Positions 23,601 through 30,983 of a stretch of 32,000 bases of DNA are shown piece by piece (position 1 is the first letter of the stretch; every line of letters starts with the position of its first letter). The position numbers and the translations under genes are program-made. The notes under the pieces are model-generated. The model ran no database searches and had not been told where the DNA came from. It was given only the letters and a program-made list of their open reading frames with translations. This DNA comes from Patescibacteria group bacterium (GTDB taxonomy: Bacteria; Patescibacteriota; Patescibacteriia; UBA2591; UBA6264): assembly GCA_028713575.1 (NCBI GenBank), contig JAQTOB010000006.1, forward strand, positions 22,729 to 54,728, in the 5' to 3' direction.

Positions 23601-23867
23601 GGGAAAGCCCAGTTTGGCGGGCAAAGGTTGGGAGAAATGGAAGTTTGGGCTTTAGAAGGTTATGGTGCCGCTTATAATTTACAAGAAATGTTAACTATTA
23701 AGTCAGACGATGTGGTGGGAAGAACTAAGGCCTATGAGTCAATTATTAAGGGCGAACCAGTAAGAGAAGTTTATATTCCAGAATCATTTAGCGTTTTAGT
23801 CCGTGAACTTAAAGGTTTGTGTTTAAATGTGGAAATGATTAAGGGAGGAAGAAAAATTAGGGACTAA
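20682..23867 (+). CDS. rpoB: DNA-directed RNA polymerase subunit beta
   Basis: The 1061-aa product carries RpoB signatures throughout ([72 protein letters not shown]). Confidence 0.97.
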   Translation: [1061 protein letters not shown]

Positions 23868-23919
23868 ATTTTGAAATTAACTAACTTTTGAAATTAATCT
23901 TTAACGTTAATTTGCATTT

Positions 23920-23953
23920 TTCCGCCAAAGGCGGACCCGCCTTTGGCGGGAAA
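23920..23953. repeat. GC-rich near-perfect palindrome in the rpoB-rpoC spacer
   Basis: TTCCGCCAAAGGCGG-AC-CCGCCTTTGGCGGGAA can fold as one ~14-bp hairpin or as two small CCGCC/GGCGG hairpins. It is the only GC-rich stretch in the 101-bp spacer. Confidence 0.85.
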
Positions 23954-23968
23954 TTTAGAGAAGTATTT

Positions 23969-26900
23969 ATGTCTACGCCATCAAGTATCAACACTTTATC
24001 TTTACCCAATGAGCGGTCAAAAAAGACCTTAGATTTTGACGCCGTTCTTTTGCGTTTAGCTTCTTCGGAAGAAATTAAAAATTGGTCGCATGGGGAAGTA
24101 ACTAAGCCAGAAACAATTAATTATCGCAGTCGTAAACCGGAAAGAGATGGATTGTTTTGTCAAAAAATTTTTGGTCCGGTAAAAGATTGGCAGTGCGCTT
24201 GTGGAAAATATAAAAAATTGCGTTATCGGGGAGTTGTTTGCGATCGTTGCGGCGTAGAAGTAACGAGAAGTTTGGTTAGAAGAGAACGAATGGGTCATAT
24301 TGAATTGGCAGCTCCAGTGGCGCATATTTGGTTTTTACACAGTTTACCGTCAAGAATTGGTTTAATTTTAGATATTTCAATTCAAAATTTGGAAAAAGTT
24401 ATTTATTTCGCCAATTTTATTATTACAGAAGTAAAAGGGGACTTAAAACAGAAATTAATTATTGAACTAGAAGAAGAATTTAAATTAAAGAAAAAAGAAT
24501 TAAAAGGCGACCCAGAGGAGGAAAAGAAAATTAAACAATTAACTGTTAATTATAACGAAACCAAGCGTGAAATTGGAGAAGTAAAACAAAAGAAATTTTT
24601 AACCGAGCTTGAATATCGGGATTTATCTTTAAAGTATGGGCATATTTTTGAGGCCGGCATCGGCGCCGAAGCCATTTTAAAACTTTTGAAAGAAGTAGAT
24701 ATCCTTAAATTAATTAAGGAATTAGAAAAAGAAAAAAAGATTACGGTTAATCCGGGGAAAAAGAAAAAATTAGCTCAACGTATAGAATGTTTAAAAAGTT
24801 TTGCCGGCAATAAAATCAAACCCGAGTGCATGATTTTAAATATTTTACCGGTTATTCCTCCAGAATTAAGACCTTTAGTGCCTTTAGACGGCGGAAGATT
24901 TGCTTCTTCTGATTTAAATGACCTTTATCGTCGGGTAATAAATCGCAATAACAGATTAAAACGTCTTTATGAATTACATGCGCCAGAAGTAATCCTTCGC
25001 AATGAAAAAAGAATGTTACAAGAAGCAGTTGATGCTTTAATTGACAATGAAATGAGGTCGGGTAAAACAACCATTGCTTCTACCGGACAAAGAAGGGCTT
25101 TAAAATCATTGGCTGATATTTTAAAGGGTAAACAGGGGAGATTTAGGCAAAATCTTTTAGGGAAAAGAGTTGATTATTCCGGTCGTTCAGTAATCGTCGT
25201 AGGCCCGCAATTAAATCTTAATCAATGCGGTTTACCGAAAATTATGGCCCTGGAACTTTTTAAACCTTTTATTGCCAGTGAGTTGATTAAAAATGGCACA
25301 GTTCATAATGTTCGTAGCGCCAATCGTTTGATTGAAGAAGGAACAGAGGAAGTGTGGGCCATTTTAGAAGAAGTCACCAAAAAATCTTATGTTTTGTTAA
25401 ATCGGGCGCCGACTCTTCATCGTTTGGGAATTCAGGCCTTTCAACCGGTTTTAATTGAAGGCAAAGCAATTCAAATTCATCCCTTGGTTTGTGCTGCTTT
25501 TAACGCAGATTTTGACGGTGACCAAATGGCAGTTCATCTTCCAATTACTAAAAAAGCTATGGAAGAAGCGGAAAAAGTTATTTTATCCAGCCACAATCTT
25601 TTAAAACCGGCGACCGGTGAACCGATTGTAACGCCGACTCAAGATATGGTTTGGGGCGCTTATTATTTAACCTTTTTAGAAGAAAAGAAAAAAGATTTAA
25701 TTTCTTTCAGTGATATAAATGAAGCAGTTTTGGCTTATCAGTTGGGAAAAATAGGATTAAGACAACAAATTAAAGTAAGATTAGAAAATAAAATAAAAGA
25801 AACCAGCGTTGGTCGTTTGGTTTTTAATCAAATTTTGTTTCCTGGTTTATACAACATGGATTGTATAGTTGACAGGAAAAAATTGAATGAAATTGTTACT
25901 CAATCAATAGAACAGTATGGGATGGAAAAATCAGTAGAACTGCTTGACCAGATTAAAAAAACTACGCTTTCATATTTAACTTCTTCTGGCCTTTCTTGGG
26001 GAATGGATGATTTACCTGTTTTGACGGAAAAAGAAAAGATTGTTAAAGAAGCGGAAGCGAAAATAACGGAAATTCAATCGCAATATGAGTCGGGTCTTTT
26101 GGCTGAAGACGAAAGATATTTAAAAAGTATAGAAGTTTGGATTGAGGCGAAAAATAAAATTACGGAAATAGTGAAAAAAAATACACCGGCCAACAGTTCG
26201 GTTTTTTGTATGGTTGAATCGGGCGCGCGCGGCTCTTGGAGTCAATTATCGCAAATGTTCGGGATGAGGGGAATCGTTTCTTCACCTACGGGCCGTTTAA
26301 TTGAGTTACCAATAAAATCTTCTTTCAAAGAAGGTTTTAATGTTTTAGAGTATTTTATTTCCACCCATGGTTCAAGAAAAGGCGTGGCCGATACGGCTTT
26401 AAGAACGGCAAGCGCTGGTTATTTGACGCGACGGATGGTTGATGTTTGTCAGGATATAATCATCACCGAAAAAGATTGCGGAGAGAAAAAAGGAATATGT
26501 TTAACGCGTCAAGACAATGAAGAAATGGAAGAAAATTGGCAAAGCCGATTGTTCGGCCGAACCGCGGCGCAGGATATTAAAAATCCAAAAACAAATAAAG
26601 TGATAGTTAAGGCCAATGAAATTATTACTAGAGAAAAAGCCAAACAAATAAAAGAAGCTGACCCGGAAAAAGTTTGGATTCGTTCTGTTCTTACTTGTCG
26701 GACAAATCGGGGAGTTTGCGCTAAATGTTATGGCAATGACCTTGGTTATAATCAGCCAGTAGAAATGGGGGCGGCCGTTGGCATTGTTGCGGCGCAAAGC
26801 ATTGGCGAGCCAGGCACGCAATTAACATTAAGAACTTTTCATACCGGTGGTGTGGCCGGACAAGATATTACTCAGGGTTTGCCTCGGGTGGAAGAACTTT

Positions 26901-27739
26901 TTGAGGTTCGTCCAGTAAAGAAAAAAGCGGTTATGGCTCATCATGACGGGACGGCGGAATTTATTCAAGAGAAAGATCAGAAAAAAGTAATTATTAAATA
27001 TAGAGGAGAAAAAGCGGAAACCTATTTATTAGATGAAGAAGAAAAATGGAAGATTAGTGTTAAAGATGGTCAAGAAGTTAAAAAAGATGAAGTTTTAGCG
27101 AATTTTGATAAAAAGAAAATAAAGGCGAAATATAAAGGAAAAATAAAAATTAAAGACAACATGATTCAGGTTATTTCTGAACGGGACGACAAAGAAGAAT
27201 ACGACGTAGCCGGTTATAATGTTTGGATTAAAGACGGAAGCAAGGTGGTTGCCGGACAGCAATTGACTGACGGCAGTCTTGACCTCCGCGAACTTTATGA
27301 ATTAAAGGGACGAGAAGAAACAGAAAAATATATTTTAAAAGAAATTCAATATATTTATTCATCGCAGGGACAAAAATTAAATGATAAACATATAGAAATA
27401 GTTATCCGACAAATGTTTTCTCGTTGTTTGATTAAAGACGGCGGCGACACAGACCTTTTGCCCGGAGAATTGGTGCCTAAATCATATTTAGGAGAATGTA
27501 ATCAAGAAATAAAGAAAATGGGCAAAAAACCGGCGGAAGCGGAGGAACAATTAACCGGCATTACTCGCGTTTCTCTTAGTACCGACAGTTGGCTTTCCGC
27601 CGCTTCATTTCAGGAAACTTCCAGAGTTTTAGTTAAGGCGGCGATTAGTGGCCGACCGGACTATTTAAGAGGCTTGAAAGAAAATGTAATTGTTGGTAGA
27701 TTAATTCCCGTAGGAACAGGACTAAAACATCAACATTAG
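23969..27739 (+). CDS. rpoC: DNA-directed RNA polymerase subunit beta'
   Basis: It has the zinc motif CACGKY...CDRCGVEV, the catalytic NADFDGDQM, and trigger-loop and clamp motifs. The start is set at ATG 23969 because the track start 23888 is a TTG that would translate the palindrome. Confidence 0.97.
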   Translation: MSTPSSINTLSLPNERSKKTLDFDAVLLRLASSEEIKNWSHGEVTKPETINYRSRKPERDGLFCQKIFGPVKDWQCACGKYKKLRYRGVVCDRCGVEVTRSLVRRERMGHIELAAPVAHIWFLHSLPSRIGLILDISIQNLEKVIYFANFIITEVKGDLKQKLIIELEEEFKLKKKELKGDPEEEKKIKQLTVNYNETKREIGEVKQKKFLTELEYRDLSLKYGHIFEAGIGAEAILKLLKEVDILKLIKELEKEKKITVNPGKKKKLAQRIECLKSFAGNKIKPECMILNILPVIPPELRPLVPLDGGRFASSDLNDLYRRVINRNNRLKRLYELHAPEVILRNEKRMLQEAVDALIDNEMRSGKTTIASTGQRRALKSLADILKGKQGRFRQNLLGKRVDYSGRSVIVVGPQLNLNQCGLPKIMALELFKPFIASELIKNGTVHNVRSANRLIEEGTEEVWAILEEVTKKSYVLLNRAPTLHRLGIQAFQPVLIEGKAIQIHPLVCAAFNADFDGDQMAVHLPITKKAMEEAEKVILSSHNLLKPATGEPIVTPTQDMVWGAYYLTFLEEKKKDLISFSDINEAVLAYQLGKIGLRQQIKVRLENKIKETSVGRLVFNQILFPGLYNMDCIVDRKKLNEIVTQSIEQYGMEKSVELLDQIKKTTLSYLTSSGLSWGMDDLPVLTEKEKIVKEAEAKITEIQSQYESGLLAEDERYLKSIEVWIEAKNKITEIVKKNTPANSSVFCMVESGARGSWSQLSQMFGMRGIVSSPTGRLIELPIKSSFKEGFNVLEYFISTHGSRKGVADTALRTASAGYLTRRMVDVCQDIIITEKDCGEKKGICLTRQDNEEMEENWQSRLFGRTAAQDIKNPKTNKVIVKANEIITREKAKQIKEADPEKVWIRSVLTCRTNRGVCAKCYGNDLGYNQPVEMGAAVGIVAAQSIGEPGTQLTLRTFHTGGVAGQDITQGLPRVEELFEVRPVKKKAVMAHHDGTAEFIQEKDQKKVIIKYRGEKAETYLLDEEEKWKISVKDGQEVKKDEVLANFDKKKIKAKYKGKIKIKDNMIQVISERDDKEEYDVAGYNVWIKDGSKVVAGQQLTDGSLDLRELYELKGREETEKYILKEIQYIYSSQGQKLNDKHIEIVIRQMFSRCLIKDGGDTDLLPGELVPKSYLGECNQEIKKMGKKPAEAEEQLTGITRVSLSTDSWLSAASFQETSRVLVKAAISGRPDYLRGLKENVIVGRLIPVGTGLKHQH

Positions 27740-27777
27740 AACATTAGATTGAAAATTTCTAATTTCTAATATCTAAT
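27735..27777. repeat. 2x ATTAGA followed by 3x TCTAAT (nested inverted words) straddling the rpoC stop
   Basis: ATTAGA lies at 27735 and 27743. TCTAAT lies at 27758, 27765 and 27772. Confidence 0.8.
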
Positions 27778-27874
27778 TTCTGAATAATATTCAAATTCAA
27801 AATTCAAAAAATTAAGTTGAACTTTTTGAGTTTATTTAGAATTTAGAATTTAAAATTTAGAACGAAGTGGTACT

Positions 27875-30124
27875 ATGGTTAAAAGAAAAAAGCCTATTAA
27901 AAAAGTTTTTTTACTTGGCAAACAAAAGTCTGCCACGGATAAAAAGAGGAAATCGGAATCTTTTTTAAATATCAAAACAAAACGTTTGATTGTCGCTATT
28001 ATTTTATTTATTTTAGCGATTATTTTATTTTTAGGTTTAATCAACTTAGCCGGAGCAGCCGGAGAATTTTTGGTTTTAATTTTAAAAATGTTGTTTGGAT
28101 GGGCTAGTTGGGCAGTGCCAATTTCTTTATTAATTGCCATATTTTTAATCCTGCATTATCAAAAAATCAATGAGATGAATAGCGCGACAGAAAAAAAATC
28201 TCCTTCTTTTTTGGCTCGCTGCGTTGCTTTGTTTTTTTTAGTTTTGCTTTTGGCTTCTATTTTTCATTTATATGTTATTAATGACAATTTTGTTTTGAAA
28301 GACCATCAAGGTGGCGGTTACCTGGGTTATGGCGTAAGTTATTTAATGTTTAATACTTTTGGTTTTTGGGCCGGTTGGATTATTTTAGTCGGTTTTTTAA
28401 TCATTGATTTAATTGTTATTTTTACCGGGTTTGTCTTTTTTAGAAAAACTTCTTTATCCGATTTTAGAGAAGAAGATAAAAAAGGAGAGGAATCTCTGAT
28501 TCAACAAAATATTTTTAAAAATGTTTTTAATAAAGGAAAGTCCATATTTAAGAGAAAAGAAAAACTTATTTTAAAACCAGAATCAACAGAAAGATTATTG
28601 GCCAAACCGGAAAACGAAGAACAAAAAAGGGGAATTGAAGAAGAAGAGGTCCCGATTAAAATCAAGAAAAAGGGCATTTTTAGCAAAAATAAAGAAGAAA
28701 TGGATATTTCTTATGTTAAAATCAATAAAAAAATTGATTTACCTATGAGTTTATTGGAAGCAGATTCCACTAAGCCAAATGCCGGAGACATTAAGGAAAA
28801 TAAATTGATTATTCAAAAAACTTTGGAAAATTTTAATATTCCGGTGGAAATGGGAGAAATAAAAATAGGACCAACTGTTACCCAATATACGCTTAAACCG
28901 GCCAATGGCATAAAATTGTCGCAAATAACCGGCTTGCATAATGATTTGGCTCTGGCTTTGGCCGCTCATCCCATCAGGATTGAAGCGCCGATTCCCGGGC
29001 AATCATTAGTGGGAATTGAAGTACCAAATCAAAAAGTGGCGGTCATCAGATTAAGACAAATTTTATCAGATGAAGTTTTTAAAAATAGAAAAACAAATTT
29101 AGTTGTTGCTTTGGGTCGTGATGTGGCCGGCAATATTTGGTTGGCCGACATTGGGAAAATGCCACATTTACTGGTAGCGGGCGCGACCGGCAGTGGTAAA
29201 ACCATTTTTTTAAACGCCGTAATTATCAGTTTAATCTATCAAAATTCTCCTGACGATTTGCGTTTTATTTTAGTTGACCCCAAAAGAGTGGAATTAACCC
29301 TTTATAATGATTTGCCTCATCTTTTAACGCCAGTGATTACCAATGTGCAGAAAACAATCAATGCTTTAAAATGGGCGGTTAATGAAATGGAACATCGTTT
29401 TGATGTTATGGCAGAAGCAAAAAAAAGAGATATTCATTCATATAACCAAGCTAATCCGGAGAATAAATTGCCTTTTATTGTTATTATTATTGATGAATTA
29501 GCCGATTTAATGGCTACGGCAGCGCAAGAAGTGGAGGCCTGTATTGTTCGTTTAGCGCAAATGGCCAGAGCCACAGGTATTCATTTGGTTATGGCGACAC
29601 AGCGACCGTCAGTTGATATTATTACTGGTTTAATTAAAGCTAACATTACCGCTCGAGTGGCGTTTTCTGTGGCTTCCTTAACCGACTCGCGCACGATTCT
29701 TGATTTTTCCGGCGCAGAAAAATTATTGGGCAGGGGAGATATGCTTTTTATGTCCGCGGAATTATCAAAACCCAAAAGAATACAAGGCGCTTTTATTTCC
29801 GATGAAGAAGTAAAAAGAATTGTGGAACATTTAAGAAATATTGCCGAACCGAATTTCCAAGAAGATATTACAGACAACCGACCGATTGGATCAGGCTCGG
29901 AAAAAGGGGATTTAATAGAAGATGAAATGTTGCCACAAGCCAGAGAAACAGTAATTCAAGCCGGAAAGGCCTCGGCCTCTCTTTTACAGCGTCGGTTGCG
30001 CATTGGTTATGCTCGCGCGGCTAGACTTTTAGATTTATTAGAAGACGAGGGAACAATCGGGCCCGCAGACGGAGCCAGGCCCAGAGAAGTATATCAATCT
30101 TCCGAGAATACAGAAGATTTGTAA
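27875..30124 (+). CDS. ftsK: DNA translocase FtsK/SpoIIIE
   Basis: N-terminal TM segments and a K/E-rich linker are followed by the motor domain with GATGSGKT and IIIDELADL. The gamma domain reads ASASLLQRRLRIGYARAARLLDLLEDEG. Confidence 0.93.
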   Translation: MVKRKKPIKKVFLLGKQKSATDKKRKSESFLNIKTKRLIVAIILFILAIILFLGLINLAGAAGEFLVLILKMLFGWASWAVPISLLIAIFLILHYQKINEMNSATEKKSPSFLARCVALFFLVLLLASIFHLYVINDNFVLKDHQGGGYLGYGVSYLMFNTFGFWAGWIILVGFLIIDLIVIFTGFVFFRKTSLSDFREEDKKGEESLIQQNIFKNVFNKGKSIFKRKEKLILKPESTERLLAKPENEEQKRGIEEEEVPIKIKKKGIFSKNKEEMDISYVKINKKIDLPMSLLEADSTKPNAGDIKENKLIIQKTLENFNIPVEMGEIKIGPTVTQYTLKPANGIKLSQITGLHNDLALALAAHPIRIEAPIPGQSLVGIEVPNQKVAVIRLRQILSDEVFKNRKTNLVVALGRDVAGNIWLADIGKMPHLLVAGATGSGKTIFLNAVIISLIYQNSPDDLRFILVDPKRVELTLYNDLPHLLTPVITNVQKTINALKWAVNEMEHRFDVMAEAKKRDIHSYNQANPENKLPFIVIIIDELADLMATAAQEVEACIVRLAQMARATGIHLVMATQRPSVDIITGLIKANITARVAFSVASLTDSRTILDFSGAEKLLGRGDMLFMSAELSKPKRIQGAFISDEEVKRIVEHLRNIAEPNFQEDITDNRPIGSGSEKGDLIEDEMLPQARETVIQAGKASASLLQRRLRIGYARAARLLDLLEDEGTIGPADGARPREVYQSSENTEDL

Positions 30125-30180
30125 ATTTAATCCTTCGGCAAGCTCAGTTGGAATTTGTTTGTTATTTGGTGCTTGTAATT

Positions 30181-30227
30181 TGGGATTTTATTGGGTCAAT
30201 TAGAAATTAGGTTAATTAGGTCAATTT
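30181..30227 (+). repeat. 47-nt element built of GGTYAATTA words, plus-orientation copy
   Basis: TGGGATTTTATTGGGTCAATTAGAAATTAGGTTAATTAGGTCAATTT matches the reverse complement of 1582-1628 at 44/47. Confidence 0.85.
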
Positions 30228-30232
30228 TGATT

Positions 30233-30901
30233 ATGTCTTTTACTTCTCGCGAAATTAGAGATAATACTTTGGGGGGATTTTTAAAACAGACCCGCCTTTC
30301 TCAGGGATGGGAATTAGCCGAGGTGGCGAAAAAAATCGGCATTGAATTTAAATATCTTGAGTTTTTAGAAGCAGATGATTTTTATAAATTGCCAAGCCCC
30401 ACTTATGCGCGCGGTTTTTTAAAAAGATACGCGGAATTTTTAAAACAGGATGCAGAGAAAATAGTCAAACAATGGGAAGTAAAACAAAAAACAAAATACT
30501 ATCAGGAACTTTTTAAAGAAAAGAAAAAAAAAGAAAATATTTCTAAAGAATTTAATTTTAAAATAGTTTTTGTTTTTTTGCTTGTTTTATTGGTTTTTTT
30601 GTATTTTAGTTGGAGCGCAAAAAAAGTTTTATTTGCGCCGAGAATTAAACTTTTATACCCCCCACAAGATATTGTAGTTTGGGAGAGGCCATTGATTATT
30701 AAAGGCAAAACCGATTTACGTGCCGACGTTTTTATCAATAATCAAGCGGTAGAAAAATTTGAAAACGGAGATTTTAGCCAAAGGGTAGATCTTTTGCCCG
30801 GCTTGAATACCATTGAAATTTCGGCGCAAAAGAAGTATTCTAAAAAGAGTATCATTTATTTGCGTGTGGTTTTTGATCCTATTGAAAATTCTTATAATTA
30901 G
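30233..30901 (+). CDS. RodZ-like protein: XRE-type HTH, single TM segment and an extracytoplasmic beta-rich domain
   Basis: The N-terminus is LGGFLKQTRLSQGWELAEVAKKIGIEFKYLEFLE...ARGFLKRYAEFL. A TM helix FKIVFVFLLVLLVFLYF follows. The start is moved from TTG 30191 to ATG 30233. Confidence 0.6.
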   Translation: MSFTSREIRDNTLGGFLKQTRLSQGWELAEVAKKIGIEFKYLEFLEADDFYKLPSPTYARGFLKRYAEFLKQDAEKIVKQWEVKQKTKYYQELFKEKKKKENISKEFNFKIVFVFLLVLLVFLYFSWSAKKVLFAPRIKLLYPPQDIVVWERPLIIKGKTDLRADVFINNQAVEKFENGDFSQRVDLLPGLNTIEISAQKKYSKKSIIYLRVVFDPIENSYN

Positions 30902-30983
30902 TTTTTGCGACATTATATTTTAGATAATTTTTGTTAAAGAAATTTTAAACGAAGTTAAAAAAATAATAAAATAATTTATTTAT

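Noticed and set aside
23888-23968. An N-terminal extension of rpoC from TTG 23888 (MKLIFNVNLHFSAKGGPAFGGKFREVF).
   Set aside because: It would translate the intergenic palindrome. Conserved RpoC sequence begins after ATG 23969. A TTG start 21 nt after the rpoB stop is less plausible than the ATG.
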